DNA of 64,000 nt from an uncultured Armatimonadetes bacterium (lineage in GTDB: Bacteria > Armatimonadota > Hebobacteria > Hebobacterales > Hebobacteraceae), in assembly GCA_963716175.1 (NCBI GenBank), contig OY970296.1, forward strand, positions 1,312,001 through 1,376,000, written 5' to 3'. The position numbers and the translations under genes are program-made. The notes beneath the pieces were generated by a model. It saw only the letters and a program-made list of their open reading frames with translations, had not been told where the DNA came from and made no database searches. Numbering within the stretch: the first letter of the stretch is position 1; every line of letters starts with the position of its first letter. This document shows, in pieces, positions 10,280-20,476 of the stretch.

Positions 10280-11122
10280 ATGGCGGTTGCGCGGGTTGCG
10301 ATTGCACATGGTGAGGACCCTCGGGCCCTGGTGAGCGAGGCGCTGGAGAAGATCCAGGCGCGCCAGGTGGTGAAGCGGAACCAGCGCGTGGTGGTGAAGC
10401 CCAACTACGTGGAGCCGATGAGGCCGGACGACGGAGTGACCACTGACCCCCGGGTGATCGGCGCGGTGGTGGAGTGGCTCCAGGCGCTCGGGGTGAAAGA
10501 TATCACGATTGCGGAGAGCACCTGGGACAAGGATCGCACCGACCGCGCCTTCCGCCTGGTGGGGCTGCCCAAGCTGGCCGAGCGCCTGGGGGTGAGGCTG
10601 CTCAACCTCTGCGAAGACGAGCAGGTTGAGGTCAAGATCCCGGATGCTCACTCGCTGCACAAGGTGCTGCTGGCCCGGACCGTCCTGGAGGCCGACTGCC
10701 TGATCAGCCTGCCCAAGCTCAAGTGCCACTGCATGGCCTACGTCACCCTGGGGATCAAGAATCTGATGGGCGCGGTGTTCCCGGACAAGGCGCTGATGCA
10801 CCGCGATCTGCACCAGCGGCTGGCCGACCTGGCGAGCGTGCTGCGGGCCAAGCTCACCGTGATAGACGGCCTGATCGGAAGCGAACGCCACGAGACCTCG
10901 GGCTCGCCGGTGAAGACCGATGTCATCATCGCCGGCCGCGACCCGGTGGCGACGGATGCGGTGGGGGCAATGGTGATGGGCATCGACCCGACCAGGGTGG
11001 AGCACCTGCGGCTGTGCGCGGAGCGGGGGCTGGGCGAGTATCGGCCGGAGAAGATCGAGATCGTAGGCGCGCCGCTGGAGAAGGTGCAGAAGAAGTACCG
11101 ACAGCCGGGAGGGTTTGGGTAG
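10280..11122 (+). CDS. DUF362 family protein
   Basis: VVVKPN, TTDP, PKLKCH, TLGIKN, DPVATD motifs. Confidence 0.9.
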   Translation: MAVARVAIAHGEDPRALVSEALEKIQARQVVKRNQRVVVKPNYVEPMRPDDGVTTDPRVIGAVVEWLQALGVKDITIAESTWDKDRTDRAFRLVGLPKLAERLGVRLLNLCEDEQVEVKIPDAHSLHKVLLARTVLEADCLISLPKLKCHCMAYVTLGIKNLMGAVFPDKALMHRDLHQRLADLASVLRAKLTVIDGLIGSERHETSGSPVKTDVIIAGRDPVATDAVGAMVMGIDPTRVEHLRLCAERGLGEYRPEKIEIVGAPLEKVQKKYRQPGGFG

Positions 11123-11138
11123 CGCCTTCCTCCCGGCA

Positions 11139-11182
11139 TTGACAGAGAGTGCTCCCAAGTGTACAGTCTATGTGTACACTTG
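11139..11182 (+). promoter_or_regulatory. Sigma70-type promoter with overlapping operator palindrome for the TA operon
   Basis: TTGACA (11139) - 17 bp - TACAGT (11162); inverted repeat CAAGTGTACA (11156-11165) / TGTACACTTG (11173-11182). Confidence 0.75.
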
Positions 11183-11194
11183 AGGGAGAGCAAT

Positions 11195-11443
11195 ATGAAG
11201 GCATCAATGTTGGATCTGCGGCGGCGGATGAGAGAAGTGCTAGCGGCCCTGGATCGCAACGAGCCAGTGACCATCACCTACCGGGGCAAGGACAAGGCAA
11301 TCATGTACCCGGTGCGCAAGCGCTCCCCGATGCGCGCGAGCGAGCATCCATCGTTTGGGATGTGGCGCGATCGCGAGGACATGCAGGACGTCGAGGCCTA
11401 TATCCGCAAGCTCCGCAAGCCGCGCATAGATGCTCTTCGATAG
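11195..11443 (+). CDS. Phd/YefM-family antitoxin
   Basis: MKASMLDLRRR...EPVTITYRGK; overlaps the PIN toxin start. Confidence 0.85.
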   Translation: MKASMLDLRRRMREVLAALDRNEPVTITYRGKDKAIMYPVRKRSPMRASEHPSFGMWRDREDMQDVEAYIRKLRKPRIDALR

Positions 11444-11807
11444 CGACATCCTGGTCTGGCATTACCGCGGCAATAAGGCCGTGGATGACGTGATTGACGA
11501 AACCCAGGAGCGTGCCATCTCGGTCGTCACGTACATGGAACTGCTGCGCGGCGCCCACGACAAGGAAGGGCTGACGCGCGTCAAGAGTTTCATCGCGGAT
11601 TTCGCGTTCGAGGTACTTCCGCTGACCGAGAGCATCGGCCACCGCGCCGTGTTCTACGTGGAGACTTACGGGCTGAAGGCAAACCTGGGCATCGCCGACG
11701 CCCTCATCGCTGCCACGGCCGCCGAGCACAACCTCACGCTGTGCACCGCGAACCGGAAGCACTACGCGCCGATCAGCGACCTGCGGCTGAGGATGGTGCG
11801 AGTGTAA
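11430..11807 (+). CDS. vapC: PIN-domain VapC-family toxin
   Basis: FDSDIL, ELLRG, DALIAATA, TANRKHY. Confidence 0.92.
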   Translation: MLFDSDILVWHYRGNKAVDDVIDETQERAISVVTYMELLRGAHDKEGLTRVKSFIADFAFEVLPLTESIGHRAVFYVETYGLKANLGIADALIAATAAEHNLTLCTANRKHYAPISDLRLRMVRV

Positions 11808-11876
11808 AGCAGAGCTGCATGGCAGGAGACCAGCTCCTGCCATGCAGTGCAGCCGCCGCCCACAGGAATGCCGCCG

Positions 11877-12999
11877 CTACAGGCTCTGCAGCAACTCCAG
11901 CATCTTGCGATCCAGCTTGTGACCGTGGAAGTCTTCGTAGGCGACGTCGGCGCGGCCGGAGTCCAGGAGGCCGAAGGAGCCGCGGAGGTTCCAGACGCCG
12001 TAGCCGATGTTGTGCTCCTTCAACAGCTCCAGGGTGTCGCGCAGCCAACCCAGGGCCACCGGGTGCGGGGTCTTGTTGTAGACGCCGCCTTCGTTGAAGT
12101 GCACGCCGACGCCGCGGTCGGCCAGCTCGAACCAGGGCCGGAGGTGCTCCACCAGCACGCCGCGATCCCAGCGCCGGCCGCCTGTGAGCACGCCCGGCCA
12201 GGCCGGCTCTGGCGCGTTCTTCGCCTCCGCGCCCGCCCATTCCGCGCGGTAGTGGGTGAGGAGGTGGGGCGCGTAGAAGTGGCCACTCTGCCGCGATGCC
12301 GAGGTCGGCCAGCTCCGGGCAGGGCTCACTCGCCCACTCCAGGCCGTCCGCGATCATGAGGCGATCGGGTGCGATCTCGCGGATGGCGGCAACCACTTTG
12401 CGGATGACGTTGGCGTGCTCCTCCCGGGTCATCTTCCCGATCTCCAGCGCGGGCTCATTGAGCAAGTTGAAGGAGAGCTGCGAGTTCGGAATGCTCTGGT
12501 AGCGCCTGGCGTACACCTGCCAGAGATGGCAGAAGGCGCGCTGCGCCTCCTCGTCCTTCCACAGGTCGTAGCCACCCACATCCTCTGAGGTGTGGTAGGC
12601 ATAGCCAGGGGCAGTATGCATATCGAGACACGCATGCAGCTTGTACTTGCGAGCCAGCTCCAGCCCGCGGTCCACTTCCGCGAGAGCGCGCTCATTGGCC
12701 TGGTAGCAGTCGTCGTCCTTCACCACCAGTTGGTAGGCGACAGAGATGCGGGCGTAGTCGAATCCCCAGTCCGCGATCCACTTGAAGTCGTCCTCTCGGA
12801 ACGGCTGGTAGCGGCCGGAGTGGAACATGTTGTGCACGTTGAACCCACGCCAGCGCGGCAGCACGGTCTGAGTCATCAGTCTCTCCTTTCTCAGTCTGGG
12901 CACGCGAGCCGCTTTCGAGGAGCAACCCAGCGCTCCTGCTGCCAACAGGCCCGTGGCCGCGGCCCGCGTCAGGAACTCCCTCCGCGTGAGTCGAGTCAT
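11877..12999 (-). CDS. Tat-exported glycoside hydrolase family 5 protein (frameshift at ~12290)
   Basis: TRREFL Tat signal, WRGFN, NEP motif; continues in another frame as HFYAPH...NEGG...WNLRGSFG. Confidence 0.85.
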
Positions 13000-13042
13000 G
13001 TCTCCTCACCGGCCCACCACGGCCATCCCGGCGACTGCCAAC

Positions 13043-14227
13043 CTACCCCAGTCTCCTCTCTCCGGCAGGGGTCTGCCAGATCGGCATGGCAACATCCGTG
13101 CAGAGCTGGATGACGAGGAGCTCGAGGGCGAGCGCGGGGTCGGTCACTTTCCCCTGAATCCCCTTGAGCGCGAGGTCGCAGGCGAGCAGGGCGCGCATGG
13201 CCTGGGCTAGCTGCTCCCAGGAGAAGGCCGCGGCCTGGGGCATGGTGCGACGGGCGAGCCAGGGGCGGCGGGCGAACACGGCGAGGACGTTCTTCCTGGG
13301 ATCCTGCGGCAGCAGGCTGGCGATCTCGTCATCAACCTGCGCAGGCTGCGAACCTGCCCTGCGGCTGGCCTGGTCAGGCTGCGCGGGTCCCGTGCTGCCG
13401 GGGCGCCAGCCGCGTTCCAGCAGGAGCTTGGTCTGCCAGATCACCCGGAGCGACTGGGCAAGTAGGGCGAGCAGTCGCTGCGGTTCCTCCCGGCGGTCAG
13501 CCAACAGGCTGCGCAAGATGCGGACCGCCCGCGCCGGGCTGCGCTTGCCCACGGCCTCGACCAAGCCCCACACGTCCTCTTCCACCAACTGGGGGGTGAC
13601 GGTGTCCACATCGGCGGTGGTGATGACGGGGGCCTCGCCCACGAACAGGCAGAGCTTCTCCACCTCGGACTCGATCTCGGCCAGGCCGGTGCCGACCTTT
13701 TGCTCGGCCAGCTTACGCGCGGCAGCAGGCGCGAGCTTCTTCCCCCACAGCTTGGCCCGGTCCACGGCCCAGGCCGCGGCCTGGGCCACCTTCATGCTGG
13801 GGAACTCGATGGCAAGGCCGGCCTGCTCCAGGGCGCGCTGCAATCGGGGGCGGAGGGCGCGACCGGACCGGCGCTCACCGGTCTCGGCGGTGACCAGAAT
13901 CACGGACACGCCCGGCAGCAGCGGCCCCACCTCTTTCACCAGGTGATCTTGCTCCGGCGCGGGGATGCGATCCGCGGCCTGCACGACGATCACCCGGGGC
14001 CCACCGAAGAGTGCGCCGGTCTGGCAGCGGCGGAGCAGATCGCGGGCGGTGAGGGCAGGCCCATCGAGGACCTCCCAGCTCGGCTCCTCACCCCCGGCGC
14101 TGACCTCGGCCCGCATCCGCGCCAGCGCCTCTCGTTTGAGGTGGTGCTCGGGACCGAACAGCAGACACCAGGTGCCGAGGCAGGTGAAGTCTTTGGCCTG
14201 CGCGTAGTCGCGGTAAGGGAGCTTCAT
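13043..14227 (-). CDS. holA: DNA polymerase III delta subunit
   Basis: LLFGPEHHL, LFGGPRVIVV, EVEKLCLF, DLALKG motifs; ATG at 14227. Confidence 0.88.
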   Translation of the reverse strand: MKLPYRDYAQAKDFTCLGTWCLLFGPEHHLKREALARMRAEVSAGGEEPSWEVLDGPALTARDLLRRCQTGALFGGPRVIVVQAADRIPAPEQDHLVKEVGPLLPGVSVILVTAETGERRSGRALRPRLQRALEQAGLAIEFPSMKVAQAAAWAVDRAKLWGKKLAPAAARKLAEQKVGTGLAEIESEVEKLCLFVGEAPVITTADVDTVTPQLVEEDVWGLVEAVGKRSPARAVRILRSLLADRREEPQRLLALLAQSLRVIWQTKLLLERGWRPGSTGPAQPDQASRRAGSQPAQVDDEIASLLPQDPRKNVLAVFARRPWLARRTMPQAAAFSWEQLAQAMRALLACDLALKGIQGKVTDPALALELLVIQLCTDVAMPIWQTPAGERRLG

Positions 14228-14829
14228 GGCCCTGCGCCTTCCGGGTCGGCCCGCGCTGCCGGCTTCGCGCCCAGGCCGAAGCTGCCCAGGCCCTGGAGTA
14301 TCAGCCAGCACGCGCCGAGGGTGACAAAGACATCGCCGATGCTGCCCGGGGTGAACCAGCGCGGCCGGGGAAAGAGCACAGGCAAGCGCTGCACGTCGGC
14401 CAGGGGCCTGAGCCGGGTGGCCGGCGTGATGGGTTTGTGGGTGACATAGGCGGGCGAATCCAGCAACTGGACGAGGCCGGTGTTGCCGGCCCGCACCGCC
14501 AAGTCGCGGTCCACCGGCATGGTCCCGCCATTGGCCGCGATCACCAGGAAGTTGAGGAAGACGCCGGCGGCGGCGAGGCGCATTCCCCAGAGATGCCGGT
14601 TGAGGAACAGCCCAGCCAGCAGGAAGAGATAGGCGGCGATGTTGGCCGGGCCCCCGAGCGTGGCGCTCAGCGCCACACCCCGCCAACCTAGGATGGCCAC
14701 CCCGATCTTGCCCAGGGCGGCGAGGATGAACAAGCTCGGCCACCGGAGGTCGAATGCGCGCAGGCGGTTCATGCGTCCGCCGGCGAGAACGCCCACCACC
14801 AGAGTCAGCAGGGCGGCATCGAAGAGCAT
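14224..14829 (-). CDS. DUF5317-like membrane protein
   Basis: NFLVIAANGGTMPV, LADV and SIGD motifs. Confidence 0.8.
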   Translation of the reverse strand: MLFDAALLTLVVGVLAGGRMNRLRAFDLRWPSLFILAALGKIGVAILGWRGVALSATLGGPANIAAYLFLLAGLFLNRHLWGMRLAAAGVFLNFLVIAANGGTMPVDRDLAVRAGNTGLVQLLDSPAYVTHKPITPATRLRPLADVQRLPVLFPRPRWFTPGSIGDVFVTLGACWLILQGLGSFGLGAKPAARADPEGAGP

Positions 14830-14912
14830 CTGCGAAGCTTTCCTGTCCGCAGAGGTTCGGCGGTCATGGCGGGATTACCTGGAATCGGCCCGCGCCACGG
14901 CCGCGGTTCTGA

Positions 14913-16013
14913 TCAATGATGCGCCGAAACGACCCTGGTCAGGACATATCCCAGGAAGAGCAGCCACCACAGCAGGCCCAAGGCCAGAGGCCAGGGGGTG
15001 AGAGCCCGGCCCCGGCCGGCCGCGACGACCGCGAACAGGAGGAGGGCGCTGCCGAGCGCGATCAGGGCGGAGAGCAGAGCAGCACTGCCGACCGGGGTGA
15101 GGCCGAACTGCCAGCGGGTGAGCAGGATGCCCAGGATCACCGGGAAGGTGGCTTGGAAGACCATGGCGCCGGTGATATTGCCCAGGGCCAGGGTGTCTTT
15201 ACTCTGGCGCACCCACACCACCGAGTTGAACTTTTCGGGAAGCTCAGTGGCGAGAGGAGCAACGATGAGCGCGATCACCAGGGGCGGGAAGCCGACGGCG
15301 GCGGAGAGCTCCCGGACTGAGTCCACGAAGATATAGGCGCCACCGACAATGAGGCTGAGGGCCAGCAACACCTGGGACCCGACGGCGCGCAGCCGCGGGC
15401 CCCGCTCCGCAAGGCTTCGCCTGCGCTCACGGTGCCGGGCGCGGTCGGCCGGCGGGAGCAGAGGCAGGGCGGCCCACACCAGGTTGAGCAGCAACGGCTC
15501 TTCCTTCTCACCCTCCTGGCTCTCTCGCAGGTTGAGATAGACGTAGTAGCTGTAGCAGAGCAGCAGTGCGACGGCCGTCAGCGGGCGCGCCCAATGCCCC
15601 CGGGGTGTGAAGCTGACCGCGATGGCCGTGGTGTAGAGGGGAAGGAAGAACCCGAGGTCGCGGGTGGCCACCTTGCGGTTGAGGGCGAGACGCCAGCCCT
15701 GCTGGCGCCGCCGGCGATAGCCCCAGGCGGCGAGCGCGGTGACGAAGAAGGCGAGCGTGGAGAGCATGAAAGGGGCACCCAGGATGGCGCCCAGGCCGAT
15801 CTCGTGGCTGTCCTCCTCGCGGAACAGCACCAGCGCGACGAAGGGGATGAGGGTCTCGGGCAGCGCGGTGCCCACCGCAGCCAGCACACTTCCCACCGCC
15901 GCCTCGGAGAGACGCAGCCGCACGCCGAGCCATTCCACGCCATTGGTGAAGAGCTCGGAGCCGACGATGATGACGAGGAAGCTGAGCAGCAGTTGGACGA
16001 TGTTGGGCGCCAT
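14913..16013 (-). CDS. Sodium:calcium antiporter family protein
   Basis: Two alpha repeats, GTALPET and ATELPEK. Confidence 0.9.
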   Translation of the reverse strand: MAPNIVQLLLSFLVIIVGSELFTNGVEWLGVRLRLSEAAVGSVLAAVGTALPETLIPFVALVLFREEDSHEIGLGAILGAPFMLSTLAFFVTALAAWGYRRRRQQGWRLALNRKVATRDLGFFLPLYTTAIAVSFTPRGHWARPLTAVALLLCYSYYVYLNLRESQEGEKEEPLLLNLVWAALPLLPPADRARHRERRRSLAERGPRLRAVGSQVLLALSLIVGGAYIFVDSVRELSAAVGFPPLVIALIVAPLATELPEKFNSVVWVRQSKDTLALGNITGAMVFQATFPVILGILLTRWQFGLTPVGSAALLSALIALGSALLLFAVVAAGRGRALTPWPLALGLLWWLLFLGYVLTRVVSAHH

Positions 16014-16091
16014 GCGCGGACTGGTATTCGGTGAGCGGCGGCGATGTGCCTGCCGCGGCAGGGGGACGCGGGGATCCGCAGATGTCGCAGA

Positions 16092-17414
16092 TTACGCAGA
16101 CGAACTGCTGGACTGGGTGCGCTGCAGCAAGAGCAAAGCGACCACGGCCGAGAGAGTGAGGAGGGCGGCGGCGAGGTAGAACGGAGAGCGGAGGTTCAAG
16201 TCCCACAGATAACCGCCTGCCAGGGGACCGAGGAAGGCCCCGGCACCTTGCGCGGTGGCCACCAACCCCATGATCCGACCGGTCGCGCCAGCAGGCGCCA
16301 GGTCAGAGACCAAGGCGAGCCAGGCGGGCAGACCGAGCATGAACCCGAGCATCACCAGCACGCCCGCCACCGCCAGTGGCAGCAGCGCGCGGCAGCACGG
16401 CAGGGCCCACAGAGCAGCTGCGCTGACGCAGAGGGCGAACTGGACCACGCGGCGCTTGGGCCAGCGATCGGCCAGATGGCCCAGCGGGATGCCAAGCAAC
16501 CCGGCGGGTACGAAAAGGGCTACCAGCAGGAAGCCGACGCTCTCCCGGGGGATGTCCACCACTCTCTGCACATAGGGAGCGAGGTACGGGGCAAGGGTGC
16601 CGGTGGCGAACATCTCACTCAGGGTGATCAGCATGATGATGGCGATCACCCGCGCCCGGGGCCATCCCCCGGCCTGCGTGACAGGTCCTGCACCTTGGCG
16701 TGACGGTGCTTGCCCGTCTGCGGAAGCTTCGGCAGGCAAGCCGCGCGCCTGCTCGGCACGGGCAGGCAGGGTCGAGGCCACCGCAGCGCCAGCGGCGGCG
16801 GCGATCACCACCATCACGAAAGGGGCCCTGCTCTCAAAGCCGGAGGGCAGGCTGCTGGCCTGCGCCAGCCATCTCCATAGAGTCATGGCCGCGCCGGCGA
16901 GCGCGGGGCCGAAGGCGAGGCCGGTGAGGTAGGCGGTGTTCATGACGCTCATCGCCAGCCCGCGCTCGCGGCTGGGCACATGGTCCGGCACCCCGGCGAA
17001 GAGGGGCGGCCAGAAGGAGGCAGCGCCCGCGCCATCCACCGCCCGCAGGGGCATGAGCAGGAGGTAGATCAGCAGGGGGAGCGCGATGAGGACTCGAGGT
17101 GGCACCAGGCAGATGGCCAGGGCCGTGCTGGCCGACACGGCGATCCCCATGATCACGAAGGGCCGCCGACCATGGCGATCGGAGAGGTGGCCGAAGGGGA
17201 GCTTGAGCAGCATCTCGGCGATCAGGAACGTCGAGACCAGCAGACCGAGAGTGCGGCCCGGCTGGTGCAGGTCGTCGAGCATGTAGAAGGGCAAGGAGAA
17301 GTTGTTGACCGAGGACTGCACAATCTCGCCGAGCGCCACGACCAGCGCCATCCGGCCGAGCACGGGGTAGCGGCGGAAGACGGCGAGGTAGGTGCGGTGG
17401 AGGAGGTCGAGCAT
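16092..17414 (-). CDS. MFS transporter
   Basis: GHLSDRHGRR and GHLADRWPKR motifs, ~12 TM helices. Confidence 0.92.
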   Translation of the reverse strand: MLDLLHRTYLAVFRRYPVLGRMALVVALGEIVQSSVNNFSLPFYMLDDLHQPGRTLGLLVSTFLIAEMLLKLPFGHLSDRHGRRPFVIMGIAVSASTALAICLVPPRVLIALPLLIYLLLMPLRAVDGAGAASFWPPLFAGVPDHVPSRERGLAMSVMNTAYLTGLAFGPALAGAAMTLWRWLAQASSLPSGFESRAPFVMVVIAAAAGAAVASTLPARAEQARGLPAEASADGQAPSRQGAGPVTQAGGWPRARVIAIIMLITLSEMFATGTLAPYLAPYVQRVVDIPRESVGFLLVALFVPAGLLGIPLGHLADRWPKRRVVQFALCVSAAALWALPCCRALLPLAVAGVLVMLGFMLGLPAWLALVSDLAPAGATGRIMGLVATAQGAGAFLGPLAGGYLWDLNLRSPFYLAAALLTLSAVVALLLLQRTQSSSSSA

Positions 17415-17477
17415 GGGGTGCTAGTCTTCGACAGAGGGCCGGCCGGTCCTATGAGAAGGGACGCGGGCCGGGCCGGC

Positions 17478-17610
17478 AGGCGGGCATGCGGAGATGGCTA
17501 GGTCGCCTGGGCGACCGCTGGCTAAGCCCGCCTTCGGCGGGCCGCCATCCCGGCCTTCAGGCCTAGGGACATGGCGGCTCACGGCCTAGCCACATGCCCG
17601 CCCTACAGGG
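17478..17610. repeat. REP/REPIN-like family A (GGCTAGG...CCTAGCC...GCCCTACA)
   Basis: Related copies at ~23339-23396, 38003-38080, 38878-38960 and 41985-42032. Confidence 0.75.
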
Positions 17611-17613
17611 CCC

Positions 17614-19075
17614 CTACCCCTTCATCACCCCCAGCGGCTTGAGCATCGCCACCATCTTCGAGATGCCGGCGCCGTGGCAGACGCGGACGACCTGGTGGAC
17701 GTCTTTGTAGGCCTCGGGCATCTCCTCGGCCAGGCCCTCCCGGCTGGCGGCGCGGGCGTAGACGCCCTGGGCGGCCAGCTCCTGGGCGATGTCGCGGCCC
17801 CGGGCGGAGCGGATGGCGGCGTGACGGCTGAGCAGCCGGCCTGCGCCGTGGCAGGTCGAGCCCCAGGTCTGCTCCATCGCCTTCTGAGTGCCAACGAGAA
17901 GATAGGAAGCGGTTCCCATGTCACCAGGCACGATCACCGGCTGGCCGGTCTTCTGATGGAGCGGGAGAAGCTGGGGGTGGCCGGGGCCAAAGGCGCGCGT
18001 GGCGCCCTTGCGGTGGATGCAGAGCCGCTTCGTCTTGCCATCAACCGGATGCTCTTCGAGCTTTGCCACATTATGCGCGACATCGTAGATGATCTCGAGG
18101 CCCAGCTTCTGCCGCGCCGGTCCCCAGCACGCGCTCGAAGGCCTCCCGGGTCCAGTGGGTGATGCACTGGCGGTTGGCCCAGGCGTAGTTGGCGGCGGCG
18201 GCCATGGCGGCAAGGTAGTTCCGTCCTTCCGGGGATGACACCGGGGCGCAGGCGAGCTGGCGATCGGGCAGAGAGATCTGGTACTTCTGCGTCGCCTTCT
18301 GCATCTCGATCAGGTAGTCGTCACACACCTGATGGCCCAGGCCGCGGGAGCCGGTGTGGATCATCACCGTGATCTGATCCAGATCGGTGATGCCCAGGGC
18401 GGCGGCGATCTCGGGATCGTGGATTTCGGCGACGGTCTGGATCTCCAGGAAGTGGTTGCCGGAGCCGAGGGTGCCGAGCTGGGGGCGGCCGCGCTCCTTC
18501 GCCCGGTCCGAAAGCAGGGCGGGGTCGGCGCCCTCGATGCGGCCATTGCTCTCGATGTGCTCCGCATCCTGAGACCAGCCCATGCCCTGGGAGATGGCCC
18601 ACTGCGCGCCTCTGACCAGCACGCGGTCGAGCTCGGCCTTGTCCACGCGCACCCGGCCCTTCTCGCCCACCCCGGAGGGCACATCGCGGAAGATCTGGTC
18701 GATCAGGTCCTTGACGCGGGGCTCGACCTCGGCGCGGGTGAGGTTAGTGCGCAGCAATCGCACCCCGCAGTTGATGTCATAGCCAACGCCGCCGGGGGAG
18801 ACCACGCCCTGCTCCACGTCGAAGGCAGCGACGCCGCCGATGGGAAAGCCATAGCCGTAGTGGATATCGGGCATGGCCATGGAGGGCCCCACGATGCCGG
18901 GCAGGCAGGCGACATTGACCACCTGCTCCAGGGAGTTGTCGGACTTGATGTCCTGCATCATCTCGGCCGAGGAATAGACGATGCCATCGGTGCGCATCTC
19001 CGGCTTGTAGCTGCGCGGGACGCGCCAGCGATAGGGATCTATGCGCTCGATTTTTCCGGACCAGGGCTTGCCCAC
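17614..19075 (-). CDS. rtcB: RtcB RNA ligase (frameshift at ~18120)
   Basis: MPDIHYGYGFPIG, DINCG, GNHF, HTGSRG, then HRKGATRA, HGAGR, EEMPEAYK in the second frame. Confidence 0.93.
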
Positions 19076-19179
19076 GCCAGTTCACCTCCGGGCCGCGGCT
19101 ACTTCTCATGTCAGCAGTGGTGGCGACCGGACGCGGCCAGCTACATACTACGGGAGAGCACAGCGAAAGGCAAGGACGA

Positions 19180-19719
19180 GGGCCGCCGATGTGTGACCAC
19201 GAAGATCAGAGAAGAGAACAAGCTGCTCCGGGAGAGCTGGTTGATCTCACCATAGCTCCAGGAGACCAGGTCCCCATTCCCCTCCTCCGCCCCGGTGGGG
19301 TTGTTCGCCGGGTCGTAGCTGTAGGTGAAGATGGAGATCACCGTCCCGTCCGACTTGCGGTTGCGCACCGCCTGGATTCGGCCGGCATCGTCGTATTGGG
19401 TCTCGGCGCGGCTGCTGTTGCCATAGGTCATGGTGGTGGGCCGGCCCAGGTCGTCGTACTGGTAGGTGCTCACCCCGCCGGTGCCGCGGTTCACCACCGC
19501 GGTTATCCAGTCGCGGGCATTGTAGCTGTAGTCAATGTAGCTGCCCGGCCGCGTCATCCGCGTCCGCCGCCCGCCGTCGTGATAGGTGAAGCTCACCGTC
19601 ACGCTGTTGGGATTCGTCGCCGAGGAGAGCTGGTTCCGCCCGTTGTAATCATAGCTGAACACGTCCTCTCCCGTGACCTGCATGCTCGACACCAAGCCGA
19701 CTCCGTTATACTGATAGGT
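19180..19719 (-). repeat. RHS/YD-repeat fragment, copy A (540 bp)
   Basis: TYQYNG, YDYNGRNQL, YSYDPANN repeats; near-identical to 20477-21120. Confidence 0.9.
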
Positions 19720-19857
19720 CGTCGTCTTGGACGTCTCCGCACTCACCGTCACGGATTTCAGCCATTTACTCGGATAGTAGACCTGGGTCGTGGTGCCCGA
19801 TGCATCCCGCGTCTCCGTGATTGCTGTCCCTGATTCCCCAGGACTGAGTGTTTCCTA

Positions 19858-20238
19858 TCACTTTCTCTTCACTAACCTGGCCAGCAGCAATGCTAATACT
19901 ACCGGTATCCCTAGTAGCCCGGCCCAATAGCTATAGTCCCTCGGAAGGCGATATTTCAGCCACGGACCCATCAGAAGCGACGGAAGGAAAAAGGCCAGGT
20001 TGGTGATAACCGCTGCCCACAGGGGCACGACCAGCCCGCGGCCCTCCACCGCAGTCAACACATAGAAAGAACCAAGACCCGCCAGCTCCAGGAGGAGTCC
20101 CAGGTATGCAATGAACAGAGGCGTGTGCTCTGCAATCCAACGTGCTCCTGGAAGCCGCCATCCCTCCATAGCGAGTATGACCCAGAGCACGAGGAGTATC
20201 CCGAACGTCTCGGGTAGTTTCCGGCTACGCCGGCTCAT
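19858..20238 (-). CDS. Small membrane protein, candidate orphan immunity protein
   Basis: About four hydrophobic helices, lower GC, lies between the RHS fragments. Confidence 0.55.
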   Translation of the reverse strand: MSRRSRKLPETFGILLVLWVILAMEGWRLPGARWIAEHTPLFIAYLGLLLELAGLGSFYVLTAVEGRGLVVPLWAAVITNLAFFLPSLLMGPWLKYRLPRDYSYWAGLLGIPVVLALLLARLVKRK

Positions 20239-20476
20239 AACGCCACACCGTCTGTCACACCAGCCCTTCTTCCTTCTCACTCAGCGGAGACACTTGCTAC
20301 ACTTTTCCATGCAATGCAGGGATTCGCCGGCTAGCAGCAGCGAACCGACCCCAGAGGCCGGCTCAGCCCAAGGGGCGATTTTCTCGGCCAGCCGAGGAAC
20401 TAGGGCTTTAGAGTACCTCGCCCACGCCCTGAACCTTCTGTCCGTGAAGTGGTAACAGATTCTGGCGGTCCAGCGG

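Noticed and set aside
4879-11158. Long antisense ORFs (e.g. 4879-6825, 9281-11158, also 29954-31348)
   Set aside because: Shadow frames of well-supported genes, expected in high-GC DNA; no protein motifs.
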